Shown here: one piece after another, positions 39,848-53,400 of the stretch
Layout: each line of letters starts with the position of its first letter
Numbering within the stretch: position 1 is the first letter of the stretch
Assembly (NCBI GenBank): GCA_043228905.1
Contig: JBHGNT010000006.1
Coordinates: 15,066,001-15,130,000 of the forward strand
Length of the DNA stretch: 64,000 nucleotides
From: Azolla caroliniana
Lineage: Eukaryota; Plantae; Polypodiophyta
Direction of reading: 5' to 3'
Program-made: the position numbers and the translations under genes
The notes under the pieces: generated by a model
The model's input: only the letters and a program-made list of their open reading frames with translations
Database searches by the model: none
Told to the model about the DNA's origin: nothing

Positions 39848-41982
39848 CCATTATGGCGTCACCCGGACTTGAACCTCGAACCTTGTAATCCATACTTGAA
39901 AACCTCAACCATTAAGATAGCTTATTGTTATATGAAATAATAAAAGCTACTTCTTATATTACATTGATTATTGTAATACCTCTAGATTATTCTAGAATGT
40001 TCTAGAATGTCCTAGAGCATTCTAGGTCTAGAACATTCTAGAACATTCTAGAAATCTCTAAGCTATTCTATAGGAACCTATAAATAAGGGCATACATGTA
40101 TTCTCAAATCAATTCAAATCAACACCAGTCTTTAGCTCTCATTACATATCTTGTATCCATTCTCTTTCTTTCTCTATCTTATACATCCATTCTTCTCTTA
40201 GTATTTCGTTCCTTTCTTCTCGTGTTCTCTAATATCCGTCTTCCATCACTCTATCTTTTATCCTTGGTTCTGACACTAGGGGCGCAACCCTAGAGGAGCT
40301 GACGAAGATGGTGCGTGATCTTCAGATTGTTCATGCCCGAAGGGAAGGCAATGGTCAATTACAAGATCGGCTTCCACCGATTGATCAAAGATGCATGTGG
40401 TGCAACGACATCATACACATTGGACTTGTAGAATGGCTGGGTTACATGCCAATGTCACGAGAAGGCCCCTGGAAATAAATGTTGGCCGGGTTGGAATGAA
40501 AAGGTTGATGGAGGAAACTAAGGTGCGGCACGCCGTGACCATCCATTACTCGGCGTCGGCCGGTATTCGGGTCAGAGGGAACAAAAGGAAGACGACAAAG
40601 AACGTCGGATTCAAGCTGGTGGTGCTGGAAGGGTTCTCTGGAAAGAAGCTAGTGAAGGAGGAGGGGGATCGTGCGGAGAGGCGGGTCCAAGAGGTCACTA
40701 GTTGGAGCGATCTGGTGGAGGAGAAAACCGGCTTCGTGGAGTCCGCATGCTAGAACTATAAGGTTTTGGTTGAAGACAAGCGGGCCAGGAAGGCAGGAGG
40801 GGCCGGGCCTTGGAACCGATACGACACTAGGAACGGACCAAAGAAGAATGACGGGGGTCCAGCTGGCTCACAAGAGAAGATGAGGTTCCCGAGCTTCCAA
40901 TTGAGCTCGGAGATCGAGAAGAAAACCGATCTACGGAAGTTCTTAGAGGAGCGAATCCTCAAGAGCAAGGTGGAACTCTCGCTAAGGGAAGGTCTAGGAA
41001 TCGCGAAGAAGGAGTTCCATGAGTCCATCATAGAACTCGTTAAAAGGAAGTGGCTCTCGACGGAGCCAGAGCGAGAGAAGCCAGTCGAGGTGAGGTTGGC
41101 CCACATCAAAGAGGTGGCGATGGAAGAAGAGTTTCCATATAGCCACTTCTTGAAGCCGCATTGGGCCAGGGGCACGACGGAGAACCTGGTCCGGATCAGG
41201 GATGTGATGGAGCTGGTAGTAGCGTTGATAGACCTGATGTCGATGGACTTCTATATGAAGGGTAACTGTTCGATCAATACCAAACATGGTTGGAAGATAC
41301 ACGCGGTGACCCGCGCGATGGAAAAGCTTCACGGGGCGTGCCCAAATGTCTGTGTGAAAGTCAGGGATGTCGAGATAGACCAACACTTCTTCGTGCAGGA
41401 GACAACTTCCCATCCGATCATCCTCAATGAACCATACATCACGGCGGCTCGAATGAGGACAAAGATGTTGGATAAAGGTTCAGCCTACGCGAGGGTGAAT
41501 AGTCAGGATGGTAGGCGCTCCGTCCAATTCTTGATGGTTTGACCCAACCACGACCAGAATAAGGATTCTCTCAGCGGCAAGAGCCGAGAGGATTTTTATA
41601 GAGGACTATCAAGGTGTGGGACTGTGATAGTCGGGACAACCAAAAGAAAACCAAAAGTACCATAGGTAGGAAATTTTGGTTCTCTGACAACGGAGGTTGT
41701 ACCATAACTAGCATCGGTGGCCGGGAGAAAAGACAAGTCGAAAGGCTTTTGAAGGCATGCAGAGCCTTGGATCCCGATGACTCGGTAAGTGGTGTCGTGG
41801 AAGTGGTCTCATTCGACGACACCCTCGGGGAAATCGAGAGGGTAGTCGAGGAGGGTCTTAGTGAAGACCGGATTATTCCGGTTAGTTCGATCGAGATGTA
41901 CGAAGTCATCGCAGACTTCGCTTGGAGGGCCGGGTCAGATCGGATTGCCCGAGTGGACACAAAGTACAAGATTGTGGACCGG

Positions 41983-42810
41983 TGTCGTGATATGGTGTGC
42001 TTGAGTGTGGGAAAAATTGGCGAAAGGGGGGTGTCAAAATGTGCATGTGCACACAAAGACAATTAATTGTGCACATGCAAAAAGAAAAGGGAAAAGAAAC
42101 GGTGGAAAGAAGGTATAAAAACTCATGTAAAAAGTAAGGGAGAGGAGAGATAAAAAGTAGAGAGGAGACAAGCTATGAATTTCTAGATATGGAATTATAT
42201 GTTGAATAATAGAGAGTAAATAGGTTAGTGGATAGACATATTGACTCCCACCTAAAGGTGCACGGTTCAAATTTGGTCTTATAATCCAATGTCATTTAAG
42301 CAATTTTATTACTTTTTTGCATTCAAGACAAATGTGGCGTCCCCCCTTCCTTGTTTTCCTATAAAAGGAGGTCGAAGACGGCTCATTTGGGAGGACGTTT
42401 TGGGAGGAGGAGACTATCGCCATTTTTCTTTTGGAGCTCTTCATCTTCATCTTCACCATTTCTCTTCATCTCATAAGCCTTCATCCCCTCATCGCCACGT
42501 GCTCCTCTTCTTCGCGTTGACATTCGAAGTGTTTGTTTACGGTGCTAGTGAGCCCGAGCCTCGTTGGTTCGGCGTTGTTGAGCCCGCATTCATCGTTGCG
42601 AGCCCGTGTGCTCTTTGTTCGGGTGGTCCTGGTTCGTTGGGCTCGGCCTTTTTGTGGTGCTCGTGTGCTCATCTTCTTCGTGTTCGTGCTCCGTGTTCGG
42701 ATTTGCTTTTGTCTCTAAGGGCATTTAGTATTTATGTTTCTTTGAGCTTGTGATTAGCTAGAAGTTGCCACATTGTAATCAAACCCTATTTTATAAAGGG
42801 CCCTCTTGCA
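41983..42810 (+). mobile_element. LTR of gypsy B (truncated), inserted in pol of copy A
   Basis: Starts TGTCGTGAT, homologous to 48254 onward, TATAAAAG at ~42360. Confidence 0.85.
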
Positions 42811-45800
42811 CCGAAGTATCCATTTGACCGCCTTCCAATGCTCCTTGCCAGGATTGCTCATAAACCGGCTCACCACTCCGACTGCGTATCTAATGTCCGA
42901 CCGAGTACACACCATTGCGTACATCAAGCTCCCGACGGTAGAGGCATATGGAACCTTCACCATATCCGCCTTCTCTACTTTCGTCTTCGGGCTTTGCTTA
43001 CCAGATAGTCTGCAGTCTGCAGGGATTGTCGATCTGACCGGTTTTGCTTCTAACATGTTGAACTGCTGAAGCACCTTTGTCACGTATTTCTCCTGTGACA
43101 ACCACAATTGCTTCTTTGACCGGTCTCGGATGATGTGCATCCCCAGTATCTGTCTTGCCGGGCCCAAGTCTTTCATTGAGAAAGTTTGGTTGAGAGCCTT
43201 CTTCAATATCCGTATTTTTGCTTGGTCCCGTCCAACGATCAACATGTCGTCCACGTACAGAAGTAGTATTAGGAAGTCGCCTCCTTCGAACTTCTTTACA
43301 AACACGGAAGGATTGGTTTGCGTTTTGTGATACCCTTGGTCGGTCATGAAGGAGTCAAACTTCCAGTACCATTGTCGGGGAGCCTACTTCAATTCGTACA
43401 GGCTCTTCTTCAACCGACAAACCAGGTGCTCCATCCCTTTCTCCACGAATCCTTCCAATTGCTGCATGTAGATCTCCTCTTCGATGTCACTATGAAGGAA
43501 TGTCCTCTTCACGTCCAGCTGCTCTACCTCGAGGTCCATGCTTGTCGCTATGCTCAGCACCGTTCGGATGGAAGTCATCTTTACTACCGGGGCAAATATC
43601 TCATCGAAGTCCACACCCTTCTTCTGCTGGAACCCCTTCACCACGATCCCGACTTTGTATCTCGGGGGTTTGCCGGCATCTCCTGGTTTCAACTTGTACA
43701 CCCACTTATTTCGGAGTGCCCGCTTTTCTTTCGGCAACTCCACCAATTCGTACATATGGTTCTCATGTAGGGAATCCATCTCATCCTGCATGGCACTAAA
43801 CCATTTGCGGCTGTGGGTGTCATCCTTCGCTTGTTCGAAGCTTTCCGGCTCTCCCTCATTGGTCAGCAGCACATGCTCTGCATCCAGAAATCTTCGGGGG
43901 GGCCTTCTCTCTCTGAGAGGATATCTCCGTCTTTGGCCTTCGGCAACCAGCTCCACTATTTGTTCTTCATCCGAATCTGATTCGGGGTCTTGGCCGGTTC
44001 TGATTTCAGCTTCCTCTACTTCTTCTTCTGCCGGTTCGGTATCCTCACCGTAACCGACTAGTTCCTCGAGTGTCAACTGGCTCTTAGCCGGGTGTGTTCG
44101 AATCTCATTGGAGTTCATTATCTTCTTCTCCGACTCCTAGTCGGCAAGAGTCTTGTCCTCCACGAAGATAATATCTCGGCTCCGGAAAGCCTTCTTGTCA
44201 ACCGGAGCCCACACTCGGTAGCCGAACTCATCCGCCGTATCCAAGGAATATGCATGGCCGGGTCTTTGAATCCAACTTTCCTCTCCGGTCCTTAGTAACA
44301 TGCACATACGCGAGAAACCCGAACACCTTCAAATGCCGGTAGGACACTTCCTTACCAGTCTACACCTTCTGCGGTGTGTCTCCATCCAAGGGCATTGAGG
44401 GTTATTTGTTTATCACATACGTCGCTATCGACAGTGCCTCAGCCCAAAACATCTTGGGTAATTTTGCATGCGCCAACATACTCTAGACCCTCTCCATTAT
44501 GGTCCGGTTCATCCTCTCGGCCAGCTTGTTTAGTTTTGGCGTCTTCGGCACGGTAAATTTGAGCCGGATTCCCTTTGAGCGACAATACTCCTCGAACTGC
44601 CCCCGGTATTCACCTCTGTTATTTGTTCGAACCGCCTTCAGCTTCCGACCGGTTTCTCTTTCCACTCTCGTGTGGAGCTCTTTGAAGACGGATAGCACCT
44701 GATCCTTCGTCTTCAACGGTGTGGCCCACAGCTTCCGGCTGTGGTCATCTATGAACGTCATGAAGTACTGCGATCCGGCATGTGACTTCGTGTTCACTTG
44801 ACACACATTAGTATGCACCAACTCCAGTGGTGCATTACGTCTCATCGGTGGCCTCGATCGGAAGGAGGTCCGGTTTTGTTTACCGGCTAGACAATCAGTG
44901 CACTTCTCCAAGTGCACGTTCTTCACTGGAATGAGGTTGTCGTCTACAAGCCTCTTCATCCCCTTCTCACTCATGTGACACAGCCTCTTGTGCCACAGCT
45001 CACCGGTAGTGTTGGAAGCCACGTTCACTTCTTCCGGGCATAACCGGGCATTCATTAGGTACAACGTGTTGACCTTCCGGGCCCGAGCCACAATCAAGCT
45101 CCCTTTGCTGAACTTCATAACATCGTTCCGGATGCTACCCGTGTAGCCTTCATCATCTAGCCGATCGGCTGATATCAGGTTCAGACGTGTCAGACATCCT
45201 TCAGTAGCAGGTTGCATCCGGTTGGTGTTGTCAACCACACGTCTCCTATGCCAACAATTTGACATGTACCTTCATTCCCCATCCGGACACAGCCGTCATC
45301 ACCGGCTGAGTAGGATGAGAAGCATTTCCGGTCCGGGGTAAGGTGGAACGACGCTCCGGAGTCGACCACCCAAGTCATCTCGTCGCCGGCAAGGTTTAGC
45401 TCACTCTCCTCAGTAATGAGCATCAACTCTTCTTCACTTGCCGCGATTGCCGTCGTTCCCTTCCAGTCCGTTCCCCTCCGGTCTTTACCGTTCCGATCCG
45501 GTGTCCGCTTCGAATCGGTACCATCGGTTTCCTTGTCTTTTCGGAAGTGCCGATAGTTCTTCTAGAAGTGTCCCGGCTTACCGCAATAGAAGCAGGTAGG
45601 CCTCCCCCTTGACTTTGACCGTGTCCCCGACTTCTCCCAGTTTTGGGGACTACGGTTTCCTTTCCGGCCCGGCGTTGCCCAAAGGGACAACCAACGTCTC
45701 CCAGCTATCTGGGAGGGAACCGAGCAGGAGTAGTGCCAGTACCTCATCGGCGAGAGGTACTTCCAATGATGTTGCCTGGTGGATCAGCACCTAGAAGGCA

Positions 45801-46877
45801 TTCATGTGCTCCGCCATGCTGGAGCCATCTTGGTACCGGAGTCTTACTAGCTTCCGAAATACCAAAACCTGATTAACAACATTTTTGTTCTGAAACATAA
45901 TGTCGATCTTCTCCCAGAGCTCATGAGCCTTGCTCTCTTCATTGAAGTTGTTGTATAGACTCATGTTGATGAAGCACTGTATGTACGTCGTTGTCTTCAT
46001 GTGCATCACCTCCCATATTGTGGCATCGATTTTGTCCGGTCTCTTGTTCCCGAACTAAACCGGCAACCAAAGATCTTTAACCACGAGCATGTCCCTCATC
46101 TTCAACTTCCACACTGAATAGTTGGAGCCGGTGAGCTTGAACATGCCTCCCAACGAATCGTCCATTTTTCTGTGTCGTTTTCACTCCAATACCAATTTGA
46201 TAGTAATACGCTCCCCGGCCACAACTGAGATGTCGGATTAATCACAGAAAACATGGATATGGAGAGATGTATCTACACACGAAACAATAAAGAAGAGAGT
46301 GCACTGGAGGTTAACGTGGAAAACCCAATTATGGGAAAAACCACGGCAGCCCTCAGACTGCAAAATATCACTATATCAAGATTACAATAATGGGGCACAG
46401 AGGCAACGACCTCTTGCTCCCTCGCTTCGCCACCAGGCGGTTACAACAGAGCAACAAGCTCTTCCTCTCTCGTCCTCTCTCTGTACAGTCGTTACACACA
46501 CAAAAACAACAACAACAACAACAACAGATTTTGCCCTAGGTCATATTTATACTAATATGACTTTCGGCTATTTACAAAATATAGCCCCAGTGGGCTCTCT
46601 GGAACATATTTACATATATGTCCCTTCATCCAGTGAGAGGTTCTCACCGGGCCTGCAACATCCGGTTCTCACCGGGTCTTCCTTGCCGGGTACTCGTCAT
46701 CTAGTTCTCACCGGGTCTTCCGTTGCCGGGTACTCCACATCCGGTTCTTACCAGGTCTTCCATTGCCGGGTACTCCACATCCAGTTTCGGCCTCAGCCTA
46801 TCGGCCTCGGCCGAGTTGCTCATAACAGCCAACACTGTTCTTCTCACTTCCCATCCGGAGGGACCTGTTTCCTAATA
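42811..46877 (-). mobile_element. Tnt1/Tork-like copia (copia-4), 3'-truncated and decayed; 5' LTR 46198-46877
   Basis: Degenerate PBS at 46183-46194 and gag/PR (WVVDSGAS)/INT/RT (YVDD) fragments. Closely similar to copia-5. Confidence 0.92.
46639..46785. repeat. ~40-bp tandem repeats (3-4 copies) in the U3 of the copia-4 LTR
   Basis: 'ggttctcaccgggtcttcc.ttgccgggtactccacatcc' repeated. Confidence 0.8.
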
Positions 46878-48810
46878 GATAGTTCATGGTTGAAGGAGGA
46901 AGCACAGAGAGTTCGAAAGAAAGCGTAGAAGTACTTCCTATGAGGGGGATTCCTCTGGAGGCACCCGAAGAGAAGGACGGGGACGCCACAACGAGTGGTC
47001 ATCAAGGAAGAGGACCAGACAACATTGGTGTCTAAGTTCCACGAGAGTCCTTGGGTGGGCCATAGAGGAACGTGGGCAACATTCGAGAAGTTAAAGGAAA
47101 AGTATTGGTGGCCGGGAATGTACAAGGATGTCACCCATTTTGTGGGGACATGTGAAAGTTGCCTGATACACTCAAACATACGTCATAGGGATCAGTTGCA
47201 CCCGACCTACCCACTCACCATACACTTCAAATGGATGGTGGATTTGGTTTCAATGCTGATGGGAGTAAGCCAAATGAAATATTTGGTGCTAGCAAGAGAA
47301 GACCTAACAAACTAGGTAGAAGGGAGAGCCTTGGCAAGGAAAAGGACAGCAGGGGTGTGTAAATTCGTACTCGAAGATGTCATCTGCCGGTACGGTTGTG
47401 TGGGAAAGATAATGGCCGACAAAGGAGAGTTGAACGCTCACAAACCTACAGAGCTCTTTGAACGACATGGAGTGAAGCTCTCTCTCACGACCGTTTAAAA
47501 CCCGGAGCCTAATGGAAAGATAGAACGTGGACACGGGCCTATCGTAAAATCCATTGTAAGATCTTGTGATTGGCGAGTTGGGAACTAGCCTCAGTTACTA
47601 CCTTATGCCTAACTGTGGGCTGACAAAACAACTCACAGCTCAGTTACAGGTTTCATGCCAGCTGAACTCATGTATGGACAAAAGCCGGTGATACCCATTG
47701 AAGACCCGATCGCGTCATGGGTAGTGATGTCATGGGAAAATGAGATGAGTCGAGAAGAGCTTCTAGCAACAAGGATAAGGCACCCTGAGAGAAGACCCGA
47801 AGATTTGGACTTGGCGAAGGAGAGGTTAGAAGATGCTAGGTTAAGTAACAAAGCCCGATTCGACAAGACACCCACCGACTACGCCCTCGAAAGATCGAAG
47901 AAGGAGACTAGGTGATTGTGTATGACAGCAGTCTCGACAATCAACATAGCTCGATGCAGAAATTCGCAAAGCGATGGTTCGGGCCGTACCTGGTAACGAG
48001 TGCAAACGATAATGCCACCTACCACCTCGTTGAACTCGATGGGACCAAGCTGGCAGTACCAATAGTAGGGAAGTGGGTCAAAATCTTCAAAAAGCAACAC
48101 AATAGGGAGCCAAACCTCGATGACCTTGACGAAGAAAAAGGCGAGCAAACGACAAGTCGTGGGGTCAATGAGCAGGAGGAAATGAACTATTGACCACCCT
48201 CAGCCTACCATTCTTGGCACATACCGGAGGATGTGCGGTTTGGTGGGGGTGAATGTCGTGATGTGGCATGCTCGAGTGTGAGAAAAACCGATAAAAGGGG
48301 GGGTCAAACTGTGCATGTGCAATGTGGGTGCACACAAAGGCAATTAATTGTGCACATGCAAAAAGAAAAGGGAAAAGAAAGGGTGAAAAGGAGGTATAGA
48401 AACTCGTGTAAAAAGTAAGAGAAGGGAGAGATAAAAAGTAGAGAGGAGACAAGCTATGAATTTCTAGATATGGAATTATATGTTGAATAATAGAGAGTTA
48501 ATAGGTTAGTATTTATGTTTTGTTGAGCTTGTGGTTAACTAGAAGTTGCCACATTGTAATCAAACCCTATTTTGTAAAGGGCCCTCTTGTGTTGGAATCC
48601 AACACATATCTATTTGTTTAGCCAATATCATTTGTGTTTTTGTTTCTTTCTTTGTTCTCGTCCCCTTGTACGTTCGGCCGTCTTGTGACGAGGAAGTGTT
48701 TCGGGCGTGCCCATGCACCTCTCTTCCTCATGAAGGCATACGAGCATTTGTGCATGTGTTTGTGTCTTCCTTGTACGTTCGACCGTCTTGTGAAAAGGGA
48801 GCGTTTCGGG
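46878..48810 (+). mobile_element. Gypsy B 3' part: integrase remnant, PPT ~48240-48253, 3' LTR from 48254 with an internal 500-bp deletion, truncated
   Basis: GHRGTWATFEKLKEKYWWP and WFGPY motifs homologous to pol 60567-63941. GGTGGGGGTGAA precedes TGTCGTGAT. Confidence 0.9.
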
Positions 48811-49200
48811 TTTCTCTTTCCACTCTCGCGCGGAGCTCCTTGAAGACAATTAGTACCTGATTCTTTGTCTTCAGCGGTGAGACTAGTGCTTGTCCACAAC
48901 CGACTCTCAAACACACGATGGAAGAAAATAAACAAGAATGAGTAGATTAATGCACACTTGCACACGAAATAAGACGACACTGGATATTAACGTGGAGAAC
49001 CCTAATAGGGGGAAAACCACGGGAGCCCATAGACTCCAAACTATACCACTAGAAAGAGGAAGAGTAAAATGGGAGACTCACAAGCAATGACCTTGAGCTT
49101 TGTCTTTGCCCACCGACGGTTACAAATTTCTGTCTCTCTCTCTCTCATGCGACTTAGCTCGCACGCATTGAGATGTGAGACGGGGCGTTGGGGCACAACT
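48810..49200 (-). mobile_element. Small copia integrase fragment fused to a Tork-type LTR fragment
   Basis: PLKTKNQVLIVFKELRARVERET and LTR motif acgtggagaaccc...gggaaaaccacgg. Confidence 0.7.
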
Positions 49201-49477
49201 GATGAGAGTGGCCGACTATGCACACTTTGAGAGTCTGAGTATCACACTTTGATACAATGCTCTACCATTGATCATATTTGACCATGCTTTCCACATCTCT
49301 TCGATCAAGCCCAATCCTTGCACGAATTTCTCTCATAACCACGATGTGCACTCTCGATTGCAACATTCATTGGTAAAGTTCTTTAACATTGAGAGTCGCT
49401 ACTCACCTTCACACATATCACGTGAAGTGTAATATTTTTGGTCTAATAGGTCATATTTGACCTCCGAAGACGATAAT

Positions 49478-49509
<32 letters not shown>

Positions 49510-50410
49510 GGCTTTACATGTAGAAAACACAATGGAAATAGTGTGATTGACTATGTGCTGCTTTCCGAAAGTATTTTGGATCGTATATATAAATTCTCAC
49601 TGGGGGAATGGACACCGGAATCCGATCATAGGAATTTATGTATTGATCTCAAATGTATGCATAGGTTTGATTGTGAGAAGGTCATTGAAGATAGTAAACA
49701 AACGCACTTGAGCATGAATCTTAAGCGAACGCCCATGTATTCCAAGATGGTTGAGGATATGTTACAAATGACAAAGACACAACATGGTGCCACACTAGAA
49801 TGAAAATGGGAAGCTTTTAAGAATGTCATTCTCTCTTGTACAAACAAATGTTTATCGACCAACCGCACATCATGGAAATGCACCAAGAAATGTAAGAAAA
49901 AATGGTTTGATAAAGAATGTCATGAAGCTTGAAAGTGCCTTATGGTTTTGGATGTAGTTAAGGATAAAGAAAATTACCAAAAGCATTTGCATGACTATAA
50001 AAGGCTTATTCAAAGAAAGAGACGAATATGGGAAGTTATTCAATAACTTCTCCAAACACAAGAGAAAGCACATGCATGTGCTAAATTTTGGGGAAATCTA
50101 AAGGGGAAACGTGTTGAGAGTTATGGTTACTTAACTCTTTATGACTTGTCTATGCATTGTAAGAATTTATATGAGTTATCTATTGCCGGAAAGATGATGT
50201 GTTATGGTTCTCTTTCACATATGTCTCCCTTCTTTACAATTGAAGATATATGCATAGGACTTAAGAAATTGGCCTCTTGAAAGGCAAGCGATCTTCAATA
50301 TATAAAGGCTGAAATGCTCAAATGGACGAGAGAGGAAGCACATATAAGGATATGCGATATGTTTAATGATGCATTGCAACATGGTATGCCATATGATTGG
50401 ACTACAAATT
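49510..50410 (+). mobile_element. Non-LTR retrotransposon (LINE) ORF2 fragment: end of APE endonuclease, linker, start of RT
   Basis: IDYVL...SDH motif, KKWFDKEC, and KAEMLK...MFN...MPYDW. Several stops. Confidence 0.8.
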
Positions 50411-53400
50411 GACTTTGGTCAGCATATCTGACCCGTTCTCGGCCGTGTGGATCTTCGTCAGTGCGAACTCCTAGTCATCTACCCTTTCCCGGATCCAGTG
50501 ATACCTCCGCTGGATATGCTTCGTCCGGGAATTATAGGCCGCATTCTTAGCAAGGTGGATGGCACTTTGACTGTCGCAGTAGAGTCGGTATTCCTCTTGC
50601 CAGATACCGAGCTCTCCGATGAAGTCCTTCATCCATAATATTTCCTTGCCGGCTTCTACAGCCGCCATGTACTCCGCCTCTGTGGTTGACAATGCAACCG
50701 TCTTCTGCAGCCTCGACTGCCACGAAACAGCTCCCCCTGCATATGTCATCACATACCCGGATGTAGACCGGCTGGTATCCACATCAGCCGACATGTCCGA
50801 ATCGGTGAAACCGTCCAGTTGAGGTTTCCCGGAGCCGAATCGGAGACACATATTTGAGGTGCCCTTCAAATAACGGAGTATCCATTTGACCGCGTTCCAA
50901 TGCTCCTTGCCGGGATTACTCATGAACCGGCTCACCACTCCGACTGCGTATCCAATGTCCGGTTGGGTACAAACCATTGCGTACATCAAGCTCCCGACGA
51001 CAGAGGCATATGGAATCTTCATCATATCTGCCTTCTCTCCTTTTGTCTTCGGGCTTTGTTGCCGGACAACTTGCAGTTTGCCGGAAGTGTCGATCCGACC
51101 GGTTTTGCATCTGACATGTTGAACCGGTGAAGCACCTTTGTCACATACTTCTCCTGTGACAGCCATAATTGCTTCACTGACCGGTCCCGAATGATGTGCA
51201 TCCCCAACATCTGTCTTGCCGGACCCAAGTCTTTCATTGAGAAGGTCTGATTGAGAGCCTTCTTCAACATCCATATTTTGCCTTGGTCTCGTCCGACGAT
51301 CAACATGTCATCCACGTACAGGAGAAGTATCAGGAAGTCCCCTCCTTCGAACTTCTTCACGAACACGCAGTGATCGGCTTGCGTCTTATGGTACCCTTGA
51401 TCAGTCATGAAGGAGTCGAACTTCCGGTACCATTGTCGGGGAGCCTGCTTCAGTCCGTACAGGCTCTTCTTCAACCGGCATACCAGGTGCTCCTTCCCTT
51501 TCTCCACAAATCCTTCCGGTTGTTGCATGTAGATTTCCTCTTCGAGGTCGCCGTGAAGGAATGCCGTCTTCACATCCAGCTGCTCTACCTCGAGATCCAT
51601 GCTTGCTGCTATACTCAGCACCGTTCGGATGGAGGTCATCTTCACTACCGGGGCAAATATTTCGTCGAAGTCCACGCCCTTCTTTTGCTGGAACCCCTTC
51701 ACCACGATCCTGGCTTTGTACCTCGGGGGGTTGTCGGCATCTCCCGGTTTCAACTTGAACACCCACTTGTTTCGGAGTGAGCCGCTTTCCTTTCGGCAGC
51801 TCCACCAATTCGTACGTATGGTTCTCATGCAGGGAATCCATCTCATCCTGCATGGCACTTAACCATTTTCGGCTGTGGGTGTCTTCCTTCGCTTCTTCGA
51901 AGCTTTCCGGCTAGCCCTCATCGGTCAGCAGGACATGCTCTGCATCCGGAAATCTCCGGGGCGCCCTTCTCTCTCTGAGAGGATATCTACGTCTTCGGGC
52001 TTCGGTAACCGGTTCCTCCATCTGCTCTTCATCCGAATCTGATTCGGGGTCTTGACCGGTTCCGGTCTCATCTTCCCCTACTTCTTCTTCTGCCGGTTCG
52101 GTATCCTCACCGTAACCGGCTGGTTCCTCGAGTGCTAACCGGTCTCTTGCCGGTTGGGTCTGCTCATTGTAGAGTCTATCCTTACCGGTCGACTCGGAGT
52201 TCATTATCTTCTTCTCCGACTCCCAGTCGGCGAGCGTCTTGTCCTCCATGAAGATAATATCTCGACTCCGGAATACCTTCTTGTTGACCGGGTCCCACAC
52301 TCGGTAGCCGAACTCATCGTCACCGTAACCAAGGAATATGCATGGCCGGGTCTTTGGATCTAACTTTCCTCTCCGGTCCTTTGCTACATGCACGTACGCG
52401 AGACACCCGAACACCCTCAGATGCCGGTAGGACACTTCCTTACCGGTCCATACTCTCTGTGGCGTTTCTCCGTCCAAGGGTACTGAGGGTGATCTGTTTA
52501 TCACATATGTTGCCGTCGACAGTGCCTCAGCCCAAAACTTCTTGGGTAGTTTTGCATGCGCTAGCATACTCTGGACCCTCTCCATTATGGTCCGGTTCAT
52601 CCTCTCGGCCAGTCCGTTTAGTTCCGGCGTCTTCGGCACGGTAAATTCGAGCCGGATTCCCTTCGAGCGGCAGTACTCCTCGAACTGCCCCCGGTACTCT
52701 CCTCCGTTATCTGCTCGAACCGCCTTCAACTTTCGGCCGGTTTCTCTTTCCACTCTCGCGTGGAGCTCTTTAAAGACTGATAACACCTGATCCTTCGTCT
52801 TCAACGGTGTGGCCCACAGCTTCCGGCTGTGGTCATCTATGAACGTCACGAAGTACTGCGCTCCGGCATGTGACTTCGTGTCTACTTGACAAACATCCGT
52901 ATGCACCAACTCCAGTGGTGCATTACGTCTCATCGGTGGCCTTGGTCGGAAGGAGGTCCGGTTCTGCTTACCGGCCAGACAATCAGTGCACTTCTCTAAG
53001 TGCACGTTCTTCACTGGAATGAGGTTGTCGTCTCCAAGCCTCTTCATCCCCTTCTCACTCATGTGACATAGCCTCTAGTGCCACAGCTCACCGGCAGTGT
53101 CGGAAGCCGCGTTCACTTCTTCCGGACATAACCGGGCATTCATCAGGTACAGAGTGTTTACCTTCCGAGCCCGAGCCACAATCAGGCTCCCTTTGCTGAA
53201 CTTCATGACACCGTTCCGGATGCTACCCGTGTAGCCTTCATCATCTAGCCGACCGGCTGATATCAGGTTCAGACGAACTTCCGGAACGTGTCGGACATCT
53301 TTCAACAGCAACTTGCATCCGGTTGGTGTTGTCAGCCACACGTCTCCTATGCCGACAATTCGGCATGTTCCTTCATTCCCCATCCGGACACAGCCGTGAT

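Larger units (their letters stand above)
34546..40275 (+). mobile_element. Full-length Tcn1/Tf1-like chromovirus (Ty3/gypsy)
   Basis: LTRs 34546-34979 and 39832-40275 (about 4 substitutions and one 10-bp indel), TSD CTAGG at 34541-34545 and 40276-40280, PPT AAAGGAGGGATAG. Confidence 0.97.
32900..41982 (+). mobile_element. Trp-primed gypsy copy A: 5' LTR 32900-33755, PBS 33760-33777, decayed gag-PR (33.8-34.5 kb and 40.3-41.6 kb) and start of pol; interrupted by the Tcn1-like element
   Basis: LTR termini TGTCGCGAA...TTCGCGACA, PBS TGGTGAACCCAACGTGAA, and proteins homologous to ORF 58285-60501. Confidence 0.9.

Noticed and set aside
48587-48605. Palindrome TGTGTTGGAATCCAACACA as the start of a new LTR insertion
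   Set aside because: No partner terminus or TSD was found, and it is more simply a continuation of LTR B.
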